From NCBI GenBank assembly GCA_900019385.1, contig FIZJ01000006.1:94593-158592 (forward strand): DNA of 64,000 nucleotides, read 5' to 3'. Shown here one piece after another: positions 1-10,602 of the stretch (the first letter of the stretch is position 1; every line of letters begins with the position of its first letter). The notes below the pieces were generated by a model. That model was not told where the DNA came from. It searched no databases and saw only the letters and a program-made list of their open reading frames with translations. The position numbers and the translations under genes are program-made. The stretch comes from an uncultured Clostridia bacterium. Lineage in GTDB: Bacteria > Bacillota > Limnochordia > Darwinibacteriales > DTU012.

Positions 1-1813
1 CTCCACGCGGCTGATTCTGCTTCACGCCCACGCAGGTAATATAATCAAGGCATTCGGCCAATTTGTGGTAGGCGGAAACTATATCGTTGGATTTATCATT
101 TTCCTGATTCTGGTTGTTGTTCAGTTTATCGTGATCACCAAAGGCTCGGAACGGGTCGCGGAAGTTGCCGCAAGGTTCACTTTGGATGCAATGCCTGGAA
201 AGCAGATGAGTATCGACGCTGATCTCAACGCTGGTTTGATCACGGAGGCGGAAGCGAGGCAAAGGCGAAGGCAAATCCAAAGGGAAGCAGATTTCTACGG
301 CGCCATGGATGGTGCTTCGAAATTCATCAAAGGTGATGCCATTGCCGGCATTATCATCGTTCTGATTGACTTCATCGGCGGGTTATTGATTGGTATGTTC
401 GGCAGAGGTTTCGATTTTCAGCAGGCGCTTAATACCTATACGCTGCTGACAGTCGGCGACGGGCTGGTTTCCCAGATCCCGGCCCTTTTGGTCAGCACGG
501 CCACCGGTATCATTGTGACCAGAGCCGCCAGCGACAACAATCTCGGCCATGAATTGAACATACAGCTGATGAGCAGCCCAAAAACATTATTAGTTACCAG
601 TGCGGTGCTCATGGTTTTCGCCGTGGTCCCCGGATTGCCCTTCGTACCGTTTTTCGTTTTAAGCGGCCTGTTCGGTTTAATGGGATACGGTCTTTTACGG
701 GAGCAGGCAAGCACAGAGTCTACAGCCGCGGCGGACCATGCCCGTCAAGAGCTTGAAGAACGGCGGCAGCCGGAGAGCGTGCTGTCGCTGCTGCAGGTTG
801 ATATGATTGAACTTGAGATCGGCTACAGTTTGATACCACTGGTCGATTCGGAACAAGGCGGCGATATGCTTGATCGGATCACCATGATCAGGCGCCAGTG
901 CGCCTTGGAACTTGGCATTGTTGTGCCGGTCATCCGCATCCGCGACAATCTTCAGCTCCCGCCTAATTCGTATATAATCAAAATCAAAGGGATTGAAGTG
1001 GGGCGGGGGCAGTTGATGCCCAATCATTTTCTAGCGATGGATGCAGGAAATGTGACGGAGCGCGTTCCAGGTGAGCCCACAAAAGAACCGGCCTTTGGCC
1101 TTGATGCCCTATGGATTTCAGAGGAACATCGGGAGCAGGCAGAAATCAATGGGTATACGGTTGTTGATTCCCCAAGTGTCCTGGCCACCCATCTGACCGA
1201 AACGATCCGCAGCCACGCCCATGAGCTCCTTGGCCGTCAAGAGGTTCAGACGCTGCTTGACAGTCTTCGCAGCGATTATTCCGCTGTGATCAACGAGCTT
1301 GTGCCCAATCTGATGACAATAGGCGAAGTGCAGAAAGTCCTGCAAAATCTCTTGCGTGAGCAAGTCCCGATCCGGAATTTGGTGACGATACTGGAAGCCT
1401 TGGCTGACGCCGCGCCCATCAGCAAGGATTTGGATTACTTGACAGATTATGTCCGGGAGGCTTTGGCCCGCCAGCTTTGCCGCCAGTATGCGGATGATGA
1501 TCTACTGCAGGTATTGACTCTTGATCAGCAGTGGGAGACAGTGATTGCGGAAGGGATTGAGCAGACTGAACGGGGCAATATAGTGTCGATAGATCCCCGC
1601 CTTTTGCAGCGGCTGTTTAATGCTCTCAAGCAAACGCTCGACTCTACAGCTCTTGTCCAACCGGTCATTTTGGTGTCTCCCCGGATCAGACTTGCCTTGA
1701 AGCGCTTGACAGAAAGATATTTTCCCGGTCTGGCCGTTATGTCGTACAACGAGATTGCGCCTGAGATTCAGGTGCAGACCATAGGGATGGTGAAATGGCC
1801 GCATGAGGATTAA
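1..1813 (+). CDS. flhA: Flagellar biosynthesis protein FlhA, 5'-truncated at the window edge. The reading frame is open from position 2, and the translation STRLILLHAHAGNIIKAFGQFVVGGNYIVG matches the conserved FlhA TM/FHIPEP region.
   Basis: 582-aa ORF plus open frame back to nt 2. FHIPEP-family motifs GGNYIVG..ITKG.ERVAEVAARFTLDAMPGKQMSID are present, followed by the cytoplasmic FlhA-C domain. flhF follows directly. Confidence 0.93.
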   Translation, partial: STRLILLHAHAGNIIKAFGQFVVGGNYIVGFIIFLILVVVQFIVITKGSERVAEVAARFTLDAMPGKQMSIDADLNAGLITEAEARQRRRQIQREADFYGAMDGASKFIKGDAIAGIIIVLIDFIGGLLIGMFGRGFDFQQALNTYTLLTVGDGLVSQIPALLVSTATGIIVTRAASDNNLGHELNIQLMSSPKTLLVTSAVLMVFAVVPGLPFVPFFVLSGLFGLMGYGLLREQASTESTAAADHARQELEERRQPESVLSLLQVDMIELEIGYSLIPLVDSEQGGDMLDRITMIRRQCALELGIVVPVIRIRDNLQLPPNSYIIKIKGIEVGRGQLMPNHFLAMDAGNVTERVPGEPTKEPAFGLDALWISEEHREQAEINGYTVVDSPSVLATHLTETIRSHAHELLGRQEVQTLLDSLRSDYSAVINELVPNLMTIGEVQKVLQNLLREQVPIRNLVTILEALADAAPISKDLDYLTDYVREALARQLCRQYADDDLLQVLTLDQQWETVIAEGIEQTERGNIVSIDPRLLQRLFNALKQTLDSTALVQPVILVSPRIRLALKRLTERYFPGLAVMSYNEIAPEIQVQTIGMVKWPHED

Positions 1814-2846
1814 GAAATTCCGGGCGGAGACGCTGCCGGAAGCAGTATCCATGATGAAAGCGGAGTTCGGTGACGATGCTATTATCCTTCACACCATCAT
1901 TGTGAAAACGAGCCGCTTTTTCGGGTTGTTCGGCAAGAAGCAATATGAAGTGCTTGGTGCGGTTGATCCAAACCAAGAAAACAACAAGAAACCTCACCAC
2001 GTCACTGCCGGGCAGCAAGAACCACAACCAGCCGCCAACCAAGGGCTAGATTGGGGAACTGAAGATGGCAGCAGCGCGATTCAGTTTCTGTACCAACTGC
2101 TAGCTCGGCAAGAACTGTCCCAAACTCTTGCGGTGGATATCGTGAAGACTATTCTGCGGCAGGTTCCCAAACAGGAATGGAACGAAACGCCGCTGTTGAA
2201 AAGGATGCTCAGGGCAGAGATCAGCAGCCTCATCAGAGTGGATAAGCCCTGGGAGTTTGACGATGGGCAAAAAGTAGTGGCACTGGTGGGCCCGACAGGA
2301 GTGGGTAAAACTACGACCATTGCCAAGCTAGCGGCGAATTATCATCTGATCGCGAGGAAAAAAGTGGGTTTGATCACACTTGATACATACCGCATTGCAG
2401 CTGTGGAGCAGCTGAAAAAGTACGCCGATATCATGAATGTACCATTGACTGTAGTCTATTCCACCAACGGTGTATCCTCCGCTCTGGCTTCCTACACGGA
2501 TATGGATTTGGTCCTAATCGACACCTTCGGGTGCAGCCATCATAATCAGGAGCGGATGTCGGCGCTAAAATCAGCTTTTGAGAGTCTGGACATAGAGAAA
2601 TACCTGGTGGTCAGTGCCACCACAAAGAGTAACGACCTGATGGCGATTATTGATGCCTTTAAAGAGCTCGGCATCGACAATCTAATTGTCACCAAGCTGG
2701 ATGAGACACGCACATATGGAATTCTGGTGGAAGCGCCCAGTTATGCCCAAGTGCCAATCGCTTTTATCACAAATGGCCAAAGCGTACCCGACGACATCGA
2801 GATTGCTGAAAACGAACAGCTGACAAGCATGGTTTTGGAGGGCTAG
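1803..2846 (+). CDS. flhF: Flagellar biosynthesis SRP-type GTPase FlhF
   Basis: 347 aa. P-loop VALVGPTGVGKTTTIAKLA, and DTFG / TKLDET motifs typical of the FtsY/Ffh-like FlhF. The ATG overlaps the flhA stop. Confidence 0.9.
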   Translation: MRIKKFRAETLPEAVSMMKAEFGDDAIILHTIIVKTSRFFGLFGKKQYEVLGAVDPNQENNKKPHHVTAGQQEPQPAANQGLDWGTEDGSSAIQFLYQLLARQELSQTLAVDIVKTILRQVPKQEWNETPLLKRMLRAEISSLIRVDKPWEFDDGQKVVALVGPTGVGKTTTIAKLAANYHLIARKKVGLITLDTYRIAAVEQLKKYADIMNVPLTVVYSTNGVSSALASYTDMDLVLIDTFGCSHHNQERMSALKSAFESLDIEKYLVVSATTKSNDLMAIIDAFKELGIDNLIVTKLDETRTYGILVEAPSYAQVPIAFITNGQSVPDDIEIAENEQLTSMVLEG

Positions 2847-2848
2847 CG

Positions 2849-3709
2849 ATGACTGATCAAGCGCAGTTGCTGCGCAATCTGGTTAACCAAGATTCATGCA
2901 TCGTTCCCCGCACTATTGCTGTAACCAGTGGTAAAGGCGGTGTGGGTAAGACGAATATTGCCATCAATCTGGCGTTGACTTTGATAAAGCTTGAGCGCAA
3001 AGTTGCGCTTCTGGACGGCGATTTCGGCCTTGCCAACGCAGATCTGCTCTTGGGTGTGTATCCAAAATACACTCTGATGGATATTGTCAATGGCAAGCGC
3101 GAGTTAAGCGACATCATCGTCGAAGGCCCGCTTGGGCTGAAGGTGATTGCCGGCGGTTCAGGCGCCTATGAGCTTGCCAATTTAGGCCAAATGGGGCTGG
3201 ACCGCATGATTTCCGCAGCACTGCATATTGGCCAAGGACTGGACTTCTTGATTGTCGATACAAGTGCCGGTTTGGCCAGGAATGTGATCCGGGTGATCAT
3301 GGCGGTAAAAGAGGTCCTGGTGGTGGCGACTTCCGAACCGAGCAGCATCGCGGACGCCTATGGACTGATTAAGACCATTTTGCAGCGGGAGCCGGAGAAA
3401 GAGATAGTGATTATCGCCAACATGGTCCGTTCCCCTAACGAGGGACTCTTGGTCTGGCAGAAGATCAATCTGATGACAGCCAGATTCTTGCGGCGTGAGG
3501 TTAAATACGGCGGCAGTGTGCTTTTTGATCACAAGGTGGCTGCTGCAGTAAAAGCCCAGCAGGCCTTTATCCTTGCCTATCCGGGGTCAAGCGCCAGCCG
3601 ATCGATGCAGAATGTCGCTGAAAATGTCCTGAATAAAAACTATCTCAGCGCTGAGCCAATCACAGCAGGCAGAAATCTATCCTTTGGGAGGGATTCGTTT
3701 GCTACTTAG
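2849..3709 (+). CDS. flhG: MinD-family ATPase FlhG (YlxH), a flagellar number/placement regulator
   Basis: 286 aa. Deviant Walker A TSGKGGVGKTNIAINLA. Located directly after flhF. GGAGGG RBS 8 nt upstream. Confidence 0.88.
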   Translation: MTDQAQLLRNLVNQDSCIVPRTIAVTSGKGGVGKTNIAINLALTLIKLERKVALLDGDFGLANADLLLGVYPKYTLMDIVNGKRELSDIIVEGPLGLKVIAGGSGAYELANLGQMGLDRMISAALHIGQGLDFLIVDTSAGLARNVIRVIMAVKEVLVVATSEPSSIADAYGLIKTILQREPEKEIVIIANMVRSPNEGLLVWQKINLMTARFLRREVKYGGSVLFDHKVAAAVKAQQAFILAYPGSSASRSMQNVAENVLNKNYLSAEPITAGRNLSFGRDSFAT

Positions 3710-4331
3710 CCCTAACCAAAGAATCGAACTAATTCTCGGCGACGGTGAAGAACGGAGGGTGTTCATTACCCGGGTCGAAGACGTGAGCGAACTGGATAAT
3801 TACTTGCTGGTGGCTGCCCCCATCGTGAATGGAAATATTGTTCCCATCAGGCGGGAGACAGCGGTTACTGTCTCATTTTACTATCATGAGGTGCCGCACC
3901 AAGGACGGTATCAGGCCACCGGAACTGTTGATCGGCGTTTCCGGGAGAACAGCGTTCCCGTCTTGCTGGTGAAGTTGACGAGTGAATGGAAGAAAATTCA
4001 GCTAAGAGATTATGTCCGAGTCAGTGTGTTTATAGAAGGGTTGTACAACGGCACCAATCCATGTCTGATCAGAGATCTCAGCGGCGGGGGGCTGCTTTGC
4101 GCAGCCCAGGAAGAAATTGCCGTCGGTTCGAAGATTTATATCGATTTCCCGATCGATAAAACGCTATTGCGCGTGAACTGCAGAATTTTGAGGGTGGCCA
4201 AGACAGAACGGGGTTTCGAATACGGCTGCATCTTTGAGGATCTGGATGAGCGTACCCGACAGCAGATCATTCAGTACGTGTACAAACGCCAGATCGAGAT
4301 ATATCGGAAAGAGAGTAACCAAAAGGATTAG
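3699..4331 (+). CDS. PilZ-domain protein, a YcgR/MotI-like c-di-GMP flagellar brake candidate. The ORF opens at TTG 3684; the likelier start is TTG 3699, 5 nt after the GGGAGGGA RBS.
   Basis: About 210 aa. The N-terminal YcgR-like part is followed by a C-terminal PilZ-like region (..IYIDFP...RILRV...GFEYGCIFEDL). Sits between flhG and fliA. Confidence 0.6.
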   Translation: MLLSPNQRIELILGDGEERRVFITRVEDVSELDNYLLVAAPIVNGNIVPIRRETAVTVSFYYHEVPHQGRYQATGTVDRRFRENSVPVLLVKLTSEWKKIQLRDYVRVSVFIEGLYNGTNPCLIRDLSGGGLLCAAQEEIAVGSKIYIDFPIDKTLLRVNCRILRVAKTERGFEYGCIFEDLDERTRQQIIQYVYKRQIEIYRKESNQKD

Positions 4332-4344
4332 GAAGTTGGTTGGC

Positions 4345-5106
4345 ATGGACAGAGACAGCGTTGAGCTCACCGACTTGTGGCAGCAGTACAAATATAATAA
4401 TGATCTCACCGCACGTGAACAGATCATCGAGCAGTATCTGCCTTTGGTCCAATACATCGCGGGCAGAATCGCCATTCATCTTCCAGACAATGTCGAGTTT
4501 CATGACCTAATCAGCTACGGTGTCTTTGGCTTGATCGACGCTATTGACAAATATGACCCCCATCGGGATATTAAGTTTGAAACCTACGCCAGTGTACGCA
4601 TCCGCGGCGGGATCATAGACGGGCTTCGCTCAACTGACTGGATCCCGAGGAGTGTCCGCAGCAAAGCCAAAGAGATTGATCAGGCAATTATCAAGCTCGA
4701 GCACGACTTGGGCAGGACACCAACTGATCGGGAAGTGGCTGAAGAGCTGGAAATGTCGTTGGACAAATACTATGAAACCCTGGATCAAGTGCGGAATATT
4801 TCGCTTTTGTCACTTGACGACAACTTGAGCAGCGATGCGGACAGTGATTCAATCACATTGTTGGATACGATCAATGATCCTGAAGCTGTTGTCGATCAAG
4901 AATTGGTTGACCGGGAGACACTGCAGGAACTGGCCGCCGCCATCGACGAGCTTGACGAGAAACAGCGTTTGGTTGTGTCTCTGTACTACCATGAAGGTCT
5001 TACCCTCAGAGAAATCGGGCACATCATGGCTGTATCTGAATCGCGCATCAGCCAAATACACAGCCAGGCCATAAGGACACTCCGCACCAAGCTTAAATGG
5101 GTTTAA
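4345..5106 (+). CDS. fliA: Flagellar sigma factor FliA/SigD (sigma-28). The ORF opens at 4234; the likelier start is ATG 4345, after an AGGAAG RBS.
   Basis: Sigma-70 family regions 2, 3 and 4 are present (YLPLVQYIAGRI, DLISYGVFGLIDAIDKYD, LTLREIGHIMAVSESRISQIHSQA). Position after flhF-flhG, as in Bacillus/Clostridia. Confidence 0.88.
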   Translation: MDRDSVELTDLWQQYKYNNDLTAREQIIEQYLPLVQYIAGRIAIHLPDNVEFHDLISYGVFGLIDAIDKYDPHRDIKFETYASVRIRGGIIDGLRSTDWIPRSVRSKAKEIDQAIIKLEHDLGRTPTDREVAEELEMSLDKYYETLDQVRNISLLSLDDNLSSDADSDSITLLDTINDPEAVVDQELVDRETLQELAAAIDELDEKQRLVVSLYYHEGLTLREIGHIMAVSESRISQIHSQAIRTLRTKLKWV

Positions 5107-5133
5107 ATAGATTCCGGCAAGGAGGAAACGGCC

Positions 5134-5394
5134 ATGTCAATCAAGTTCCCTGACATGCAAGTGTTGATTGGCAGAACGGATCAAATCCCAAAAGTGCTCC
5201 GGGAAGGCGATCCTACCGGAGCGGGGAAAATGGCCAGCGCTGTTGTGCAGCAGTATGCCGAAGCGCCGAAAAAAGTGAATTCCAGCCCAAGGACAGCCCG
5301 CTTGCGCAACCAGAGGCAGAAACGATCGGAAAAGGAAAACGAAAAACGGAAGCGGCCCAAACCTGTCGGCAACCAGTTGGACATCAAGATCTAG
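5134..5394 (+). CDS. Hypothetical small protein (86 aa) with a strongly basic, K/R-rich C-terminus
   Basis: ATG with a good GGAGGA RBS at 7-nt spacing. No recognisable family. Lies between fliA and rpsB. Confidence 0.45.
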   Translation: MSIKFPDMQVLIGRTDQIPKVLREGDPTGAGKMASAVVQQYAEAPKKVNSSPRTARLRNQRQKRSEKENEKRKRPKPVGNQLDIKI

Positions 5395-5410
5395 TATGGG
5401 AGGGCGAGCT

Positions 5411-5797
5411 GTGAGTGAAGTTCTAATCTTTTTGCTGGGTTTGGTCTGCGGCTGGCTGATCTGTTTGCTCAGCGGCAATCATCTAAGGGAACAAGCTGAA
5501 AAACAGGACTTTCAGTCACAGCTGAAAACCTATGACACAATATTTGAGCAGTACGTTGATCAACTAACAGAAAAACAGGAAGAGATCCGGAAAGAAATCC
5601 AAACCTGGTTGCAAAACGCCAAGCGAGTGGCAGGGCAGCCGTCGAGAGGTTTCCGCATTAACCAGGAAAAGGCGAACCAAGTATTGGAATTGATCAATCA
5701 AGGGTATAATACAGTTGAGGTTGCCCAAAAATTGGGGTTGGGTGTTGGAGAAGTAGAACTGATACAACAGCTGAAAAATAGCGAAATTACTCATTGA
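5411..5797 (+). CDS. Hypothetical membrane-anchored protein, about 128 aa, with an N-terminal TM helix and a C-terminal HTH-like segment. Its position matches swrB/ylxL in Bacillus. The ORF opens at ATG 5396; GTG 5411 fits the GGGAGGG RBS better.
   Basis: Hydrophobic N-terminus [18 protein letters not shown]-terminal [26 protein letters not shown] resembles a helix-turn-helix. Located between fliA and rpsB. Confidence 0.45.
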   Translation: MSEVLIFLLGLVCGWLICLLSGNHLREQAEKQDFQSQLKTYDTIFEQYVDQLTEKQEEIRKEIQTWLQNAKRVAGQPSRGFRINQEKANQVLELINQGYNTVEVAQKLGLGVGEVELIQQLKNSEITH

Positions 5798-5934
5798 TAA
5801 GACCGGACAACTATGCTATACTTGGAAATGGTGTCAAAACACACGCGGCTGAATGTGGTTCGAGGTGTGCCTATATGGTCTCGGCCATAGATGCAGGCTG
5901 CGGAGGACTAAACAAAAGGGAGGAGGTGGGCGAC

Positions 5935-6732
5935 TTGGCCGTTATCACCATGAAGAGTCTCTTGGAGGCTGGCGTTCACTTTGGTCATCAAACCAGGCGC
6001 TGGAACCCAAAAATGGCACCTTACATTTTCACAGAACGGAACGGGATCTACATCATCGACCTGCAAAAGACTGTGAAAAAGGTGGAAGAAGCTTATAACT
6101 TCATCCGCGATGTGGTTGCCGAAGGGAAATCGGTGCTGTTTGTCGGGACGAAGAAGCAGGCGCAGGAAACTATCAAGGAAGAAGCTGAACGCTGCGGCAT
6201 GTTTTATGTCAACCAGCGGTGGTTGGGTGGAATGCTGACAAACTTCAAGACCATCAACAGGAGCATCGCCCGGCTGCAGGAACTGGAGAGAATGAAGGAA
6301 GACGGCTCGTTCGATGTATTACCCAAGAAAGAAGTGCAGAAACTGGAAAAAGAGCTGGTCAAACTCAACAGGTTCCTCGGGGGAATTCGGGAGATGCGCA
6401 GACTGCCCGGTGCGATCTTTGTCGTGGATCCGCGCAAAGAACGGATTGCAGTGGCCGAAGCCCGCAAATTGGGTATTCCAATTGTGGCGATAGTGGATAC
6501 AAACTGTGATCCTGACGAGATCGACTATGTGATCCCCGGCAATGATGACGCCATCCGTGCGGTAAAACTTCTGACATCCACCATTGCCAACGCTGTGATC
6601 GAAGCCAAAGAAGGCAAAGTTGATGTCGAACCTGCTGCCGAAGACTCAGTTGCAGAAGCTGAAGTTGTCGATGAGGAACTGCTGTTGACAGACGGCGAAG
6701 AAAGTGATGATGCCGAGTTTGAGGAGCAGTAG
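5935..6732 (+). CDS. rpsB: 30S ribosomal protein S2. The ORF extends 5' to 5794; the true start is probably TTG 5935 ([10 protein letters not shown] aligns with the B. subtilis MSVISMKQLL), after a GGAGGTGGG RBS.
   Basis: [32 protein letters not shown] is near-identical to known S2. Acidic C-terminal tail. Confidence 0.95.
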   Translation: MAVITMKSLLEAGVHFGHQTRRWNPKMAPYIFTERNGIYIIDLQKTVKKVEEAYNFIRDVVAEGKSVLFVGTKKQAQETIKEEAERCGMFYVNQRWLGGMLTNFKTINRSIARLQELERMKEDGSFDVLPKKEVQKLEKELVKLNRFLGGIREMRRLPGAIFVVDPRKERIAVAEARKLGIPIVAIVDTNCDPDEIDYVIPGNDDAIRAVKLLTSTIANAVIEAKEGKVDVEPAAEDSVAEAEVVDEELLLTDGEESDDAEFEEQ

Positions 6733-6744
6733 GAAGTGCACGAG

Positions 6745-6789
6745 GGGAGCAGGTTGAGGGTTTAGACTCTCGTGATGCTCCCTTTTTTT
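6745..6789 (+). terminator. Intrinsic terminator (or partial terminator) between rpsB and tsf
   Basis: GGGAGCA(6745-6751)...TGCTCCC(6776-6782) stem, with an alternative CACGAG/CTCGTG pairing, followed by TTTTTTT (6783-6789). Confidence 0.5.
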
Positions 6790-6817
6790 GTGATTCTTAA
6801 TCAAAGGAGGGAACTTG

Positions 6818-7471
6818 ATGCCTAACATAACTGCCGACATGGTCAAAGAGCTGCGGGAAAGATCTGGTGCCGGCATGATGGATTGCAAAAAAGCACTGGT
6901 GGAAACCAACGGCGACATGGAAGCCGCTCTTGATTATCTTAAAGAGAAAGGCTTGTCCAAGGCCGCCAAGAAGGCTGGAAGAATCGCAGCTGAAGGTCTC
7001 GTGGACGCTTACGTGCACATGGGCGGGCGGATTGGTGTCTTGGTCGAGGTGAACTGTGAGACCGACTTTGTCGCCAAGACTGAGGAATTCAAGCAGTTGG
7101 TAAAGGATATCGCGATGCACATCGCTGCGTCCAAGCCCGAGTACGTGTCCCGCGAGGATGTTCCTGCGGAGGCTGTGGCCAGAGAGCGGAAAATCTTCGC
7201 CGCTGCCGCTCTTAACGAAGGAAAACCTGAGAACATCATCGACAAAATTGTCGATGGTAGAATGGAGAAGTTTTTTGCCGAAAGCTGCCTGATGGAGCAG
7301 CCGTTTGTCAAAAACCCTGATATTACAGTGCAGCAGCTGCTTCACGAGAAGATCGCCAAGATCGGCGAGAACATAACCGTTCGCCGTTTTGTCAGATTTG
7401 AACGGGGCGAGGGAATTGAAAAGCGACAAGACGACTTCGCCGCCGAAGTGATGGCGCAAATCAACCAATAA
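6818..7471 (+). CDS. tsf: Elongation factor Ts
   Basis: [27 protein letters not shown] (UBA-like EF-Ts N-terminus). AAAGGAGGG RBS 6 nt upstream of ATG 6818. Confidence 0.95.
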   Translation: MPNITADMVKELRERSGAGMMDCKKALVETNGDMEAALDYLKEKGLSKAAKKAGRIAAEGLVDAYVHMGGRIGVLVEVNCETDFVAKTEEFKQLVKDIAMHIAASKPEYVSREDVPAEAVARERKIFAAAALNEGKPENIIDKIVDGRMEKFFAESCLMEQPFVKNPDITVQQLLHEKIAKIGENITVRRFVRFERGEGIEKRQDDFAAEVMAQINQ

Positions 7472-7497
7472 GGAGCACCCCCGGGTGTTCCTTTTTT
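7472..7497 (+). terminator. Intrinsic terminator after tsf
   Basis: GGAGCACC-cccg-GGTGTTCC hairpin followed by TTTTTT (7492-7497). Confidence 0.6.
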
Positions 7498-7549
7498 ATG
7501 AGAAATTGGCAAATAAGAGGGAATTCAGAGCATACGCAGAATATTTTAG

Positions 7550-8846
<1,297 letters not shown>

Positions 8847-9082
8847 GCGCGGTCGACTGGACTTTGATCATAGGATACCCGTTGGAAGAAGCCATTGAAT
8901 ATCTGCGTGAAGAAGAGCAGCCGTATCGGGTTGTTGTCACTGCGCCGCCAAACAAGAGAGAAACCACGTCAGATGATGAATCAGAACTGCGGATCATTGC
9001 CGTACGCTCTGCTGACGGCTGCCTTGATCTTATTTGTGCTGTTGGTGACTGGTCCGTGGCTTAAGCCCGTGGGAGGAAAAAA

Positions 9083-9790
9083 ATGAGTATTCCAGATCAT
9101 GTAGCGATCATTATGGACGGGAATGGCAGATGGGCCAGAGAAAGAATGATGCCGCGCTACTATGGGCATAGAGCAGGCGTGAAAGCGCTAAAGCAAATTG
9201 TGAAGTACGCAGGTGATATCGGCATCAGGATGCTTACTGTCTACGCCTTCAGTACTGAGAACTGGAAGAGGCCTGCCCAGGAAGTAAAGTCCTTAATGCA
9301 GCTGATGGAGCAAGTGTTTTCAGTGGAACTGGATGAGTTGGCAGCCAACGGTGTCAGGGTACGGATTATCGGGGACAGAGGGACAGTTTCTCCAAAACAG
9401 CAGCGTATTTGGGAAATTGCCGAAGAGCGCACGAAAGACAACGATCGTCTGCTTCTCAATGTTGCTTTCAATTATGGAGGCCGGATGGAGATTGTCAGCG
9501 CCGCCCGGGCAATAGCTGAAGCGGTGGTTTTGGGGAGGCTTAAGCCACAGGATATTACCGAGGAGCTTTTTACCCAGTATTTGTACACTAAAGGATTGGA
9601 CGATCCTGATCTGATCATCCGCACCGGTGGCGAGCTGCGGATCAGCAATTTCTTGTTGTGGCAGGGAGCATATTCGGAATGGTATTTCACCGACACGCTG
9701 TGGCCGGACTTCGGTATCGAGGAATTTGAGAAGGCTCTGGCCAGTTTCAGGCAGCGGGAACGGAGATTTGGCGGTATTAGCGACAAGTAG
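9083..9790 (+). CDS. uppS: Undecaprenyl pyrophosphate synthase (cis-prenyltransferase)
   Basis: HVAIIMDGNGRWA, and the RTGGE..SNFLLWQ motifs. GGGAGGA RBS. Confidence 0.95.
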   Translation: MSIPDHVAIIMDGNGRWARERMMPRYYGHRAGVKALKQIVKYAGDIGIRMLTVYAFSTENWKRPAQEVKSLMQLMEQVFSVELDELAANGVRVRIIGDRGTVSPKQQRIWEIAEERTKDNDRLLLNVAFNYGGRMEIVSAARAIAEAVVLGRLKPQDITEELFTQYLYTKGLDDPDLIIRTGGELRISNFLLWQGAYSEWYFTDTLWPDFGIEEFEKALASFRQRERRFGGISDK

Positions 9791-9797
9791 CTGGTAG

Positions 9798-10583
9798 GTG
9801 ACGTGCTTGACAACTACAAGAGTTATGACGGCTGTGGTGACTATCCCCGTCTTTTTGGCGGTGATATACTTCGGCGGTGTCTATCTGAGAATCGCTTTGG
9901 CAGTCTTGGTCCTGATGGGCCTGATTGAGTTCAGCAAACTTTATCGACAACAGGTTTTTTGGGACTACCTGGCAGCGGCTGGGCTATCTTTGCTTTATCT
10001 GGCATATAATGGACTGTACAGCTCTTTCTTGTGGGCATGGTTTGTGCTCCAATTGATCTATTTGCTGACACGGGCAACCTTCACGACGCACAGGCCGTTG
10101 AGTCACATGTGGCACATGGTTGCGGTTTTTTATGTGGCAGGCCTCTTTAGTTTTTTGTGGACAATAAACAGTGAATACGGGTTTGTATGGACTCTGTTTG
10201 GCCTTGCTGTCACTTGGGCGACTGACACTGGAGCTTATTTCACTGGGTTGTCCTTTGGCCGTACAAAACTCGCACCGGAAATAAGCCCCCACAAAACATG
10301 GGAGGGGGCTGCCGGAGGCCTGCTGGCCGCTGCCGCTGCGTCCGCTGTTTTTTCATTATATCTGGAACTGCCCACCATCAAACTGCTTGTTTTAGGTATA
10401 TGCCTTTCTGCTGCCGGCCAGGTGGGCGACCTTGTGGAGTCTGCCATAAAGCGAGAAAGAGCCGTCAAGGATTCGGGAAAGATCTTGCCGGGCCACGGCG
10501 GAATTCTGGATCGGTTCGACTCACTGTTGTTTGTCATACCACTGCTTTATCTGTCCCTGAAGTATCTGCACATATTGAGTTAA
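9798..10583 (+). CDS. cdsA: Phosphatidate cytidylyltransferase. The start is uncertain: GTG 9798 or ATG 9825.
   Basis: Multi-TM protein. C-terminal CTP_transf_1 signature ..SAIKRERAVKDSGKILPGHGGILDRFDSLLF. Confidence 0.9.
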   Translation: MTCLTTTRVMTAVVTIPVFLAVIYFGGVYLRIALAVLVLMGLIEFSKLYRQQVFWDYLAAAGLSLLYLAYNGLYSSFLWAWFVLQLIYLLTRATFTTHRPLSHMWHMVAVFYVAGLFSFLWTINSEYGFVWTLFGLAVTWATDTGAYFTGLSFGRTKLAPEISPHKTWEGAAGGLLAAAAASAVFSLYLELPTIKLLVLGICLSAAGQVGDLVESAIKRERAVKDSGKILPGHGGILDRFDSLLFVIPLLYLSLKYLHILS

Positions 10584-10602
10584 GAAGTGGCCCCTAAATG
10601 GG

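Noticed and set aside
5794-5934. 5' extension of the rpsB ORF (start at 5794)
   Set aside because: S2 alignment begins at about 5935 ([10 protein letters not shown]). The extension would overlap the upstream gene's stop and has no S2 similarity. Likely the rpsB leader.
6797-7468. 223-aa minus-strand ORF
   Set aside because: Exactly antisense to tsf (EF-Ts), which has near-identity to known proteins.
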